From assembly GCF_006345805.1 (NCBI RefSeq), contig NW_021837030.1, forward strand, positions 2,685-66,684: DNA of 64,000 nt. Direction: 5' to 3'. The translations under genes and the position numbers were made by a program. This document shows positions 49,880 to 63,352 of the stretch, one piece after another; within the stretch, counting starts at the first letter, position 1; each line of letters begins with the position of its first letter. This stretch comes from Octopus sinensis. Taxonomy: Eukaryota. The notes beneath the pieces are model-generated. The model was given only the letters and a program-made list of their open reading frames with translations, was not told where the DNA came from and searched no databases.

Positions 49880-51169
49880 AAAGCAACGAGAAATAATAAA
49901 TGGTTTAAAATATAAGGGAAAATACCCACACAGTGGTTTATTAGAAAAACATAATAGATCTAATGCTTAGTAAAAACGAGTCTTTATGTCTATATGAATA
50001 TAACCAACGGTAAAAAACAAGCCTGATACATTACAGAGAAAGTACAGCATTTTCCATGTGGGACATGTAGATGTTTCGACGACTGTTCATCTCGTTAGCT
50101 GTTGAACCAATATATAGCAGCTGTTAATATCAAATATGAATTCTAAATATAAACTTCTGCTGTTATACAATTAGTGTACTAATTAATATCATTGGCAAAT
50201 TATGACCACAATTTTATAATTATTTTGCTGTAATTCAATTTCTTTATTTCTTTATTTAATTTCGTTCTATTTTATGCTATTTCACCGCCAAATATCGCAG
50301 TAATTTTCCAGTTATTAGGAGGATAGATTTGCGAAACTGCTCAATATGCAGTGGTAAAAGAAATTTAGTTTGGAGTGAATGAATGCAGACTTGGGAACGT
50401 GAGGCATACATTATTCTTTCTTCATAATATTTTTATAGTTAGGAAGTTCTGAAAAATGAAATGAATAAAAAAAATAGTTGGCTTTATTTTGTATCAAAAG
50501 TTATGTATCAAAAAACAATATGAAGATTGTTTTATATTGCCATGGGATTTGCAGTTTGATGTGAAAAAATCTAACGTTTCGGAAAGATTTCGCTCCTCAG
50601 AAAAAGAGAGAAAAGCAAAGAGAGAGGGAGAAACGACGAAGAAAAAGGGGAAGAGAGAAAAGAGAAAATATTGGGGTTAGATCCACACAGGTCACAGAAT
50701 TGAAGAGGAAACTTTAAGCAACACAAATAAAAAAACAATGGTTTCTAATTTTGGTAGAATGCCAGCAGTTTTGAAGGGAAGAGTAAATAAATAGCATCGA
50801 AACCAAGACCAGACTGGTACAATTTATCGAGTCCGGAGGGATTGCAGACAAAAGTGACCCCTGCGGAATTTGATCTCCGCAGATAACAAATGTAATAATA
50901 TAAACATCTGGATAATTTAATTAAAGACAAATCCTCGTTATTTTGTTTGCTTGTTTTTATTTTTTATTTTGCTTTGGTTTTGATTGTTGCTATTTTTGTT
51001 ATTATTGTCTTTTTTCTAAAATTATTTTTTTCAAGATTCTTTGTACTTTTTTTTTTGTGGGAAAGCAGATTTATATGTGTTTCCTCATCGGACTAACAAA
51101 ATATCAAAAATCTCTCAAAAGGAATTAATTCTTTTTTTATTATGAAATAAAGGGAAATAATTCTACTAC

Positions 51170-51349
51170 AACAAAGAAAGAAAGAAAGAAAGAATCGAAG
51201 AAGAATGAAGAAAGAAGGAAAAATGAAAGAATGAAAGAAAGAATGAAGGAAAGAAAGAAGGAAAGAAAGGGTCAATGAATGAATGAATGAAGAAAGAAAG
51301 AATGAAGAAAGAAAGAATGAAAAATGAAAGAATGAAAGAAAGAATGAAA

Positions 51350-51382
<33 letters not shown>

Positions 51383-51407
51383 ACGAACGAAAGAAAGAAA
51401 GAAAAAA

Positions 51408-51452
<45 letters not shown>

Positions 51453-51455
51453 AAA
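51170..51455. repeat. (GAAA)n/(GAAT)n
   Basis: Seen directly. Confidence 0.9.
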
Positions 51456-51811
51456 CGATAATAAAAGCAGTCCCTCTTTTATTTCTTATATTTAATCTTT
51501 CACTTAATCATGCATTCCAAATAATTATCATTTCCTCTTTCCTGAATGAAAGCTAATATGCAATGTTCTTTACTAAAGATCTGCTATTTGCCTCGTTTCA
51601 TTTAATGCTAAAAGCCTCCTCAATGACAAATCTGTGATAGAAAAGCAGACCATTGCACGACACCTTTTCATGATTTTAGCAACCAGTAATTAGATCTTTT
51701 AATTCAAAGAACCAACCAAAAGATTTAAAAGCAAAAACATTTATTTGTATATTTTTTCATTTTTTTTTATTATTAAACTTTATTAGAAAGAGACAGGAGG
51801 ATTTTTTTTGT

Positions 51812-52214
51812 GGCGCAGGAGTGGCTGTGTGGTAAGTAGCTTGTTTACCAACCACATGGTTCCGGGTTCAGTCCCACTGCGTGGCACCTTGGGCTATGGT
51901 CTTCTACTATAGCCTCTGGCCGACCAAAGCCTTGTGAGTGGATTTAGTAGACGGAAACTGAAAGAAGCCTGTCGTATATATGTATATATATATATATATG
52001 TGTGTGTGTGTTTGTGTGTCTGTGTTTGTCCCCCTAGCATTGCTTGACAACCGATGCTGGTGTGTTTATGTCCCCGTTACTTAGCGGTTCGGCAAAAGAG
52101 ACCGATAGAATAAGTACTGGGCTTACAAAAGAATAAGTCCCGGGGTCGAGTTGCTCGAGTAAAGGCGGTGCTCCAGCATGGCCGCAGTCAAATGACTGAA
52201 ACAAGTAAAAGAGT
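51812..52214 (+). mobile_element. SINE-A, full length
   Basis: Close match to A consensus. Confidence 0.96.
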
Positions 52215-52278
52215 ATAGCTTTTATGGTTTATAGGAGTATTTTAATTATTTGAGTACAATAAATAAATAAATAAATAA

Positions 52279-52719
52279 GCGTAGGTGTGGCTGTGTGGTA
52301 AGTAGCTTGCTTACGAACCACATAGTTCCGGGTTCACTCCCACTGCGTGGAACCTTAGGCAAGTGTCTTCTACTATGGCTTCAGGCCGACCAAAGCCTTG
52401 TGAGTGGATTTGGTAGACGGAAACTGAAAGAAGCCCGTCATATATATGTATATATATATATATATATATGTATGTATTTGTGTGTATATGTTTATGTGTC
52501 TGTGTTTGTCCCCCCCCCCAACATCGTTTGACAGCCGATGCTGGTGTGTTTACGTCCCCGTAACTTAGCGGTTCGGCAAAAGAGACCGATAGAATGAGTA
52601 CTGGACTTACAAAGAATAAGTCCTGGGGGTCGATTTGCTCGACAAAAGGTGGTGCTCCAGCATGGTCACAGTCACATGACTGAAACAAATAAAAGAGTAA
52701 AAGTGAGAGTAAAGAGTAA
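52279..52719 (+). mobile_element. SINE-A, full length, within (AAAT)n
   Basis: A consensus; (AAAT)n on both flanks. Confidence 0.95.
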
Positions 52720-52864
52720 ATAGATAAATAAATAAATAAATAAATATGTTTTCTGATGTTTTGTTCTGTCCACATTTGTTCCAAGTCAAATTACACAAAG
52801 CGATTATGCCTTTCCTTCTTATGGTGATCGATAAATCAAATCAATAAACTAGTCAAGTAGTTAA

Positions 52865-52975
52865 GTTATGGATCTCCGTCCGTTTCGACGAAGTGTATTA
52901 TTCAGTTGTTTGATCAACTGAATTACTTGCTCATTGAATTAACGTGTACCTGGCTGGGTGTTCCACAGATATCAT
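52865..52975 (-). mobile_element. Decayed tail F fragment
   Basis: TCTGTGGAACACCCAGCCAGGTACACGTTAATT matches tail F. Confidence 0.65.
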
Positions 52976-53059
52976 GTTCCTGGCTGGTTGTAGTGCCATA
53001 GTCTCTTGTTTTCGTCTCTTCCCTTCTTTCCATTTCTCCTCTCTCTCTCTGTCACTCCT

Positions 53060-53076
53060 GTATGTCTAGAATATAC

Positions 53077-53111
<35 letters not shown>

Positions 53112-53665
53112 AATTATACTTTTGTATTCATAAAACATGCGTATATTTATTTATGCATATATGTGTGGTGTGTGTGTGTGTATAGAATGTATATATATGA
53201 ATTATACTTTTATATTCATATATATAACATATGTAAACTTATATATGCATGTGTGTATATGTATATATGTATGCATATTATGTATATATCTACGTGTCTG
53301 TGCGCGCACACATACACACGTACACACACATACACACACACACATACACACACACACACACGTACACGCACAGACACACACACACATACACACACACACA
53401 CACACGTACACGCACAGACACACACACACATACACACACACACACACACGTACACACACATACACACACACACATACACACACACACACACACGTACACA
53501 CACATACACACACACACATGCACACACACACACACGTACACACACATACACACACACACATACACACACACACACACACGTACACGCACAGACACACACA
53601 CACATGTATATTAATATATATTTATATATGTGTGTGCGTACGTATGCCTGTGTATGTATGTATAC
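53060..53665. repeat. (TA)n/(CA)n microsatellite
   Basis: Seen directly. Confidence 0.92.
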
Positions 53666-54699
53666 ACCATCACCGTTTTTGAATAATTTAAAGCGAAGTG
53701 GCGACTAAAAGTAGGTTAAATTGATATAGTTAAAAATACATATAATGTATCCTTTACACAGATCTGTGTAAATGGGTACGAAAAACCCTGCAACACAGAT
53801 CTGTGTAAATGGGTACGAAAAACCCTGCAAATAAAAAGAATTACACAGCAGATGAAGAAAGAGAACCTTTGTATTAAAATGAGTCTAACACAGCAAAGAT
53901 TATAACAACTAGAGTATATTATTTATTAGAAGTTTAACTACTTGAATCTGGTTCAATACGGACGAAGTTCCTTTTTTTTTTTTTCTCTCTCTTTTTCATA
54001 TTTTTCTTCCAGAATATTCAGCGTCAGATTCTCTAATCTAGTTTGGTTCAAAACCAAAGCACGAAACTTATCCTTGTAAAAACACACAAAGGATTGGATA
54101 GGATTGAGATTTTACTTCCGAAATGACTATATTTACCTTAATAAATCGTACATTAATGACAGAATCAGGACAATAACTTCCTTGGGCACCAAGTCTTTGA
54201 AAATCTAAAGTAGGCTAAAGCTGAGTTTCTGCACTTGTCCAAATGAGGATTTCCTTAAATCTGCTAAATTCTGCTAAATTCCCAACCCATTCTCAAATAT
54301 ATAAGCCAAGAGATATTGATTTTTGATTCATGCTTAAGGCTGCAGTTTTAGTCAAAATGAGATTGTGTTAAGGTACTGTTGACATATTTTAGAGTAAGGT
54401 AAAAATGGAGGATTATTCGACGTTAATACGTTTCTGACAGGTGATTGCGTTTGTAAATGAAATGAAATGAACTGAAATGGCTTCAACTAGGAAGCGAAAT
54501 ATTAATCGTTGCAATATTAGTTTTCTCCAACCATAGCTATATAGACACACAGACACACAGATACACAGACACACACCTATATACACACTCTTACATCCGC
54601 ACTAATATGTAAGTGCGTAATGAGTGTGTTTGTGTGAATATCAGAAAAATATGTGTGTATATTTGAGTGTGCATGTGCGTGTGTGTGCGTATTATATGT

Positions 54700-55676
<977 letters not shown>

Positions 55677-56339
55677 ATTTGCACTACTTCACAATTCCTT
55701 TTGGAGTGCCCCATCCCGGCCACTCTTATAAGTCTATACAACACTCCAGAATTATTCCCATCTTATATTATTTCGTTTTCTACCCGGGTAACCTACTCCT
55801 CCAGATGTTAACAGAACATAACCTGGACTTCCAATACCCCTAACGCAGAAGTGAAGATGAACTTGAAAGCATGTATGAATTTCCTAGCAACTGACAATGT
55901 GAATGAGATAGATTAGGCAAGAAATGTATTCAATTACATGTTGATTCATACAGGGTGTTTGGGGTAGACTTTGGCAATTTTTTTATGCCTCCAGTTTACA
56001 GGTCGGCTTGATATATTAGCGACGTATCACTCTTTATTTATTTATCCTTTTCACGCATATTTTTACCTCATGTATTTCTTATTTCTGTTATAAATAATCT
56101 ATTGATATGTCCTTGGCTTGGTGTATTTATTGTGTTATGTGTTTTATAATTGATGTAAATCATAACTATAGGATTATTATCTAAATTTTGTCTCTTCTTG
56201 AAGTTATATAATGTCTAACCTCTCAGGTCGACCTGAGCACTTTCAAGCAATCGTTTGAAAAACTTGGTTCCTTGGCTCCTTTGAGCACTTCTTACAGATT
56301 GCGAACGTATGAAGAAACAATTTTTAGGTATATCTGCCA

Positions 56340-56620
56340 AAAATATCCTAATATAACCGAGGGATAAGTATATTGAAGATCTTCGGCAGTACTTCTTACA
56401 GCTTGAATTCTACAAGGTATGGACTTGTTCAAAGTTTGAATTGTTTCCAAAGTAATTTTTGTCTATTCTCCAGCTAAAACAGACACAACAGTTTTTGTTG
56501 AATATAGGTTCTCGGGGTGGCAATTAAGCTCTGCAGTAATTTTGGGAGCTGTACTTTAATGGTGGTATCCTACAAGAACACAGCTAAAAGTACTACATCA
56601 GGGCAATGAGCAATTATTAT
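56340..56620 (-). mobile_element. Internally deleted Tc1 transposase relic
   Basis: STAPKITAELNCHPENLYSTKTV (N-terminal HTH2) joined to ITLETIQTLNKSIPCRIQAV (C-terminus). Confidence 0.6.
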
Positions 56621-56686
56621 ATAGATAGATTAATGTGTAAAATAGAAAGCTTTTCAAATGCATATATACGTAGGTATACATACATA

Positions 56687-56746
56687 TATTCTTTATTCTT
56701 TTACTTGTTTCAGTCATTTGACTCCGACCATGCTCGAGCACCGCCT
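56687..56746 (-). mobile_element. SINE-A terminal 60 bp
   Basis: GGCGGTGCTCGAGCATGG..AAATGACTGAAACAAGTAAAAGAATA. Confidence 0.85.
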
Positions 56747-56898
56747 CTAGAATATGAGGGGTTTTGTTCACTGATGATCTAAAACAATGGGTACGCCGCG
56801 TAAGTGCTATAAGTGGTCATCCGTCAGGTTCCAAGTTCGCAACTGATGCCGGAGCTAGGGATCCGAAGTAGGTTTCCGAGTCAGAAGGTATGTATTAA

Positions 56899-57136
56899 AG
56901 GAAAATGGAAAACAAAACCAAGGCAGAACGAGTATCTTTCCTACATAGACACCGTGTTGCTAATGGCGGAATACCCAGTGTATGGTGATGTTGACCCATC
57001 ACCTGGGATATGCCAGAAACAGCTGTAAGACATTAATTATTTCTATTTCTTTATTTTTTTACTTACCTTACTCTAATTAAATATTCTAGAGGATCTGAGA
57101 TACTCGTTGGGCCTTGGTTTTGTTTTCCATTTTCCT
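56899..57136. mobile_element. MITE with 39-bp TIRs, Kolobok-like
   Basis: AGGAAAATGGAAAACAAAACCAAGGC(AG/CC)AACGAGTATCT at 56899-56937 and inverted at 57098-57136 (37/39); TTAA on left, TATA on right. Confidence 0.8.
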
Positions 57137-57180
57137 TATATATGTGTGTGTGTGTGGTGTGTGTGTGTGTGTGTGTGTGT

Positions 57181-57373
57181 TGTGTGTAAGTATCCGGGTA
57201 TAGGTGTTTGTGGTCTGTGTGTTGTGTATATATATCTATGCATCTGCGTGTTTGATCATCGCATGTGTGTATGTGTGTTTGTGTGTGTAAGTATCCGGGT
57301 ATAGGTGTTTGTGGTCTGTGTGTTGTGTATATATATCTATGCATCTGCGTGTCTGATCATCGCATGTGTGTAT

Positions 57374-57382
<9 letters not shown>
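57181..57382. repeat. 101-bp tandem duplication
   Basis: TAAGTATCCGGGTATAGG at 57187 and 57288; one mismatch seen. Confidence 0.92.
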
Positions 57383-57412
<30 letters not shown>

Positions 57413-57969
57413 GTGTGTGTGTGTGTGTAAGGCAAAATGCTTACATTCAGGATATGTCGTTGAGATGTTTGGCTCATAGCAACAACTTCAACAACCCTAA
57501 CATCACCACTGCCTCGAATACTCCTATCAACGACTATAAGTATAATACCTAAACGAATGAACCTGTATGCCTTCGGTAAAAACTGTCAGAAATGGCAGTT
57601 AAATCGGCATTAAATCATATTTTATCGTCTTAACAAAAAAGGATATATTAAATAAACATATAAGTATAGAAAAGCTAACCCTGAGAAGAGACGAGTTGCT
57701 CTTGGGTGAATTTCCTTTCGCCATAGATCTCTTAGAAAAGTGCTGATATGACCCCCCCCCCCCAAAAAAAAAAAAACTACAATAACGCAATACAACATAA
57801 CTTCACTTTTCCTATTATTTTAAAGAGACATATCGCTTCTAACTATTCGCACCAACTCATTCCTTGCTGTCGGAATTTTAGCATTGGAGAAGTCTTATCG
57901 CTCAGGAAAAAATAATTATAAGGTTATCACAGGAAAGCATTATGTGTACATATATATATATATATATAC

Positions 57970-58014
<45 letters not shown>

Positions 58015-58156
58015 TCTCTATCTATCTATCTATCTCTCTCTATCTCTCTCTGTACATATATATATAGATATGTATGTATGTATATGTATATATATACACA
58101 CATGTATATATAAATACATATATATATATGCATGCATATATGTTCCTCTCGACCAC

Positions 58157-58203
<47 letters not shown>

Positions 58204-59237
58204 TATATAATATATATATATACATGCATACATACATGCATGCATGCATACATACATATACACACACATATATATCAATTAGGAATGATTGATTAGCAGC
58301 TATAAAATTATGAATGACCGACCGATAGCCAACCATAAAACATTCTCATAAAATATACCTCTGGGAAAGAGGAAGAAAAAAATAACATTCATGTATCTTC
58401 TCTTCTTAAAACACATGTCTTAGATACTCGTGCAGCACAGACTAATTTTGACGTTCTGTCCGTCAACAAGTCTCATATATTATCATAGTTTCAGTTTTAT
58501 TGTCTGAAGTTTCTCCCTTGAGGAACGGTGAAGATGAGTGAGAAATTACAAGCGGAGCACTGAGAGATTAATCGTTGCTGTCTATATTTTAGTTTCAAGC
58601 TTCCCCACCCTCACTCTCGATTCCGAGTTCAAATTCATGTTAGAACTGACACTGCTATTGGTTATATTGTGACTAATAAAATTATTCTACCAGGCAGGTA
58701 CTGAAATCCGTTCGATCAACTATTCTTTTTCCCTAGAAATGTATATTTTTGAGTGGAAATTAAATATATTTTGTTCAACTGATTCCATGAAGACTTCATT
58801 TTTTTCATCTCTCCTGCAGTGACCAACGGCTTAGTTTGTTATTATATTTAAAACTTTACTTTTTAATTCTTTGATTTTTTTATCTTAATTTGCTATGCAA
58901 CACCAATGTGCTTGTCAAAATGTCTCGCAGTGTTTAATAATGTCTCTTTAATTTAATGCCTCTTATTCTTTTATGTTCGAGAATATAAACAAGCAATTTG
59001 TATGAGTGATATATTTCTTTAAATACGCTAGTTTTTTACTGCTACTAATGTACAAAATTCTACATCTTGTTAGTAATTCTTTTAGTGTCATGTTCCGCAA
59101 GTTACTGCTAAGACTCTACCTTACTAAGATCTGATAGGTTTCAGACACAGTTACCTCACGTATTTGCACCGTCGTCGTGATCATCATCATCATCATCATC
59201 ATCCCTACCACCACCATCATCATCATCATCATCATCC

Positions 59238-59268
<31 letters not shown>

Positions 59269-59299
59269 TATCATCATCAATCCCGAGACATTACTGTTT

Positions 59300-59510
59300 G
59301 GAGCCCCCGGGTTCATATAGCCGGTTATGCCGTTTCCATGGCGTATAAGTGACCCTGAACACAACATTCTCGCTGAAGGGGACGCCAGTTGGTTACAGAG
59401 TTATTCATTCACAGCTGAGTAAACTGAAGCAATGTGAAATGAAATGTCTTTACTCAACAACACAACACACCTCCAGTCGAGGAATCGAAACAATGACCTT
59501 TCGTCCAACA
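59300..59510 (-). mobile_element. SINE head-E/V-tail, diverged
   Basis: CAGCTGAGT.AACTG.AGCAA.GTGAAATGAA..GTCTT..TCAA.AACACAAC..GGAATCGAAAC. Confidence 0.75.
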
Positions 59511-60930
59511 CTCTGGCTACTAGACCTAGACCCGGCGCCTTCAGTCTTCATATTTGCCGAATGATTTAAAATAATATTTATCATTGAGTTAATGTTATCC
59601 GTTCTGTACGAAATAATTATTTCTAATTGTTTTTTCCTCGCTTATGTAATATAATGAACTTGAAAATATCAAACAGTTAAGGCTATCCAAGCAAATACAA
59701 AAAAACGCTCCATCTATGAGTATTTTAAAATCAAAAACCAAATTCTTATAATGTCTAAAAGGAGTTTTTCTCTACTAAATGCTAAGATAAGTTTAGTCCG
59801 TAGAAGGCTTTTTTTTTCAAACAACTATCTTACCTATGTGTCTCCAGAATGTTCCGCTGGGATATTTTCCCTCGAGAAGGTCCCGCTGAGGTATTTTCCC
59901 TCTCTATATCAAAAACCATATCATATATCATTTTTAGCATATATCTAATGCTAAAAGCGATATAAGATATCTTTTTTAGCATTCGTTTTTAGCATAGAGA
60001 GGGAACAGTCGATTATATCGATCCTATATTTTATTGGTACCAAAACATCAAAGTCGACCTTACCACATTAGTGTATCTAATAGGGGAGCTCCCCATAAGT
60101 ATATTTTTCAAAATTGATGCCCTTTCGACAATTTTTTTAACTCTTTATTTCACTTGTACTATAAAAGTCGAATCCACTTTTTTATGTTAGTCGTATGGCC
60201 TTCGTAGAACTTTACTATTTTATTTGACCAACTTCCCGTGTTTCCGAGCTATCTGCTCGATCTTCCGCGATGTGTTGATGGCCGCTGACATCTGAAGAGC
60301 CAAAACAAATTTTGACCTCGTAACTTGTCGACACTGGACGATCCCGTGATGCTTCAGCCTTTTTTCACACCTGTATCAGTACTTATAAATTTCATACATA
60401 ATAACTATTACTGAAACACGAAATTAATGAATGTAGAATGCAATTACGTATATCATAACTAATTAAATATTTCGCGAAATATAAGAGAGATGATTTAAAA
60501 ACTGTCTGCTATGTTTTCACGACGCCTTTTGTTTGTTTGTTTTTTTGTTTTTTTTTTTGTTCTTTGTTTTTTCTTAGAACCTGGTCTCGCAACTGCGTCT
60601 CCGAGACTTGAAATTAGAACATAAAGAATCGGATTAAATCTAGGATCCTTCGTATCTCGATAACACATCTTTATTGGCAATTGATTGTTCCACTTGTGAC
60701 ATTGAGTTTATGTTCATATATTATATATCTTTAATATTTTTTACTAATTACCAAAATCGACATATTACTTAATTACTTAGTGCTTTATTAGTCACATGTT
60801 CCATTATAAGATTTAATCTGATCAAAATTGACTTTGTGTTACCACTACAGGTCAAATAATTCTTTTGAATTTTGGCATAAGGCCATAAATTTTTAGAAAG
60901 ACAGAGCTTAGCTATTAAAAAAAATAATAA

Positions 60931-61389
60931 ATGCGCTCTTTTAAAGCCTATACAGGCTCATGGGCCCGGTTTCCCGGTTTTTATGGCGTATGTGTTCCCC
61001 AGCTGGAGGGGACTCCAGTTCATAGCAGCGTTACTCATTTTTGCCTGCTGAGTGGACTGGAGCAACGTGAAATGAAGTGTCTTGCTCAAGAACACAACGC
61101 GTCGCCCGGTCCAGGAATCGAAACCACAATCTTACGATCATGATGCTGCCCCCCTAACCCCTAAGCCACGCGCTTCCACAAAATATGAGAGCCCTTTTAA
61201 AGCCTAGCCAGACTCATGGGCCCGGTTTCCCGGTTTCCCGGTTTCAATGGCGTATGTGTTCCCCAGCTGAGTGAACTGGAGCAACGTGAAATGAAGTGTT
61301 TTGCTCAAGAACACAACGTGTCGCCCGGTCCAGGAATCGAAACCACAGTTTTACAATCATGATGCTGACACCTAAACCACTAATCCACG
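60931..61389 (-). mobile_element. Two tandem SINE-E copies (60931-61179, 61185-61389)
   Basis: A-box TGGCTTAG.GG, B-box GTTTCGATTCC, CORE-like TTGAGCAAGACACTT, V-domain-like GCTATGAACTGGAGTCCCCTCCAG in the 60931 copy only. Confidence 0.92.
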
Positions 61390-61394
61390 GATTT

Positions 61395-62290
61395 ATTATT
61401 TAACACAGCAACTTCGCTGGGGAATGTAACAAAGTGTTAGCTGTCCACAAACAGTGGACTAAGGTAACATTTTTTCATTCAGACTTCGAGAACACTCCAA
61501 GAGATTTGTGGAGTTTCAAGCAACACTGTTTTCACTGAATGGCCTATCTTCCCATTTACTTCTATTTTTGCAATCCAATTGTGATCCTGGTATTTAGTTT
61601 CCAAGGCTCCAACAGCAACACGTACAACAATCATCTTCTTCAATAACGACGGTCTTTTTATCACCCACTTCTCATATCCTCATATCTGAATTGCTTCTCT
61701 TCTTCTCTTTCCGATACTCAGTCATCATCAGAATATGCAATATCTATGATGAAAGTTTTCAGCTTGCTTACCAACCACATGGTTCCAAGTTCAGCCCCAC
61801 TGCATGGCACCTTGGGCAAGTGTCTTCTACTATAGCCTTGGGCCGACCAAACCCTTTGTGAGTGGATTTTGTAGACGGAAACTGAAAGAAGCCCATCGTA
61901 TATATGTATGTATGTATGTATATATATATATATATATGTGTGTGTGTATATGTTTGTGTGTCTGTGTTTGTCCCCCCAACATCGCTTGACAACCGATGGT
62001 GGTGTGTTTACGTCCCCCGTAACTTAGCGGTTCGGCAAAAGAGACTGATAGAATAAGTACTAGGCTTACAAAGAATAAGTCCTGGGGTCGATTTTCTCGA
62101 CTAAAGGCGGTGCTCCAGCATGGCCGCAGTCAAATGACTGAAACACGTGCAAGAGTAAGTACAAGAGTAACCACTGCATCTGGCTTTTGACAGTCAATTT
62201 TACGACCATACTGGATCATTACATCCCAGAAGTGAGGACTGTTTTGGATATTACATATGGGGGATGTCATTGACAGTAACACCAAATAAT
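61395..62290 (-). mobile_element. Dong/R4-type LINE endonuclease C-terminus and 3' UTR, split by SINE-A
   Basis: FWDVMIQYGRKIDCQKPDAVV | TFIIDIA..REEEKQFRYED..VAVGAL..VKTVLLET..VLEV*; ends CTGTGTTAAATAATAA. Confidence 0.8.
61761..62170 (+). mobile_element. SINE-A, 5'-truncated by about 25 bp
   Basis: Matches A consensus from AGCTTGCTTACC. Confidence 0.95.
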
Positions 62291-62509
62291 TATCTCAGAA
62301 TTTCTATTCAACAATAGTTAAGTATCGTAGGCTTTAAAAGAGAGAGGAAAGGGTTGGCTTTAATTTATTCTGAATTATGTAAATAACATGGCAAATGAAA
62401 GACGTCATCCGTTAAAATCAAAATCGTGTGTTTGGAAATTACCATCCTTCCTGAATTCTATTTCATTCTTCCTGTTGTTGCTTTTTCATTTCTCTCTCTG
62501 TTATGTACT

Positions 62510-62546
62510 ATCATTATTATTATTATCATCATCACCATTGTTATTA

Positions 62547-62609
<63 letters not shown>

Positions 62610-62615
62610 TATATC

Positions 62616-62677
<62 letters not shown>

Positions 62678-62678
62678 G

Positions 62679-62723
<45 letters not shown>

Positions 62724-62778
62724 CCATCATCACCACCATCATCATCATCATCATCATCATCATCACCATCATCACCAC

Positions 62779-62827
<49 letters not shown>

Positions 62828-62828
62828 G

Positions 62829-62877
<49 letters not shown>

Positions 62878-62891
62878 TATTATTATTATTA

Positions 62892-62939
<48 letters not shown>

Positions 62940-63273
62940 GGGCGGCGAGCTGGCAGAATCGTTAGCGCGCCGGACGAAATGTTTAGTGGTATTTCGCCCG
63001 TCGCTGTGTTCTGAGTTCAAATTCCGCTGAGGTCGACTTTCCCTTTCATCCTTTCGGGGTCGATAAAATGAGTACCAGTTGAACACTAGAGTCGATATAA
63101 TCGACTCATTCCCTTTCTCCAAATTGCTGCCCCTGTGGCAAAATTTGAAACCATTATTATTATTGTTGTTATTAATATCATTATTATTACTATTATTATC
63201 ATTATTATTATTATTATTACTATTATTATTATTATTACTATTATTATTATCCTTATTATTATTATTATTATTA

Positions 63274-63315
<42 letters not shown>

Positions 63316-63317
63316 TA

Positions 63318-63351
<34 letters not shown>

Positions 63352-63352
63352 T
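62510..63352. repeat. (ATT)n/(CAT)n arrays (contain SINE-B3)
   Basis: Seen directly. Confidence 0.93.
62941..63152 (+). mobile_element. SINE-B with third tail (B3)
   Basis: B head and core, then GACTCATTCCCTTTCTCCAAATTGCTGCCCCTGTGGCAAAATTTGAAACC; (ATT)n both sides. Confidence 0.9.

Noticed and set aside
55690-55760. GMGHSKRNC zinc-knuckle-like peptide (-)
   Set aside because: First two cysteines missing; no surrounding gag or ORF1 similarity.
58775-58860. Textbook + strand acceptor TTTTTTCATCTCTCCTGCAG
   Set aside because: No good donor or meaningful ORF follows; cannot be distinguished from chance without RNA data.
60200-60295. CpG-rich - strand segment after CTCTTCAG acceptor
   Set aside because: Short frames, no canonical donor, no recognised family.
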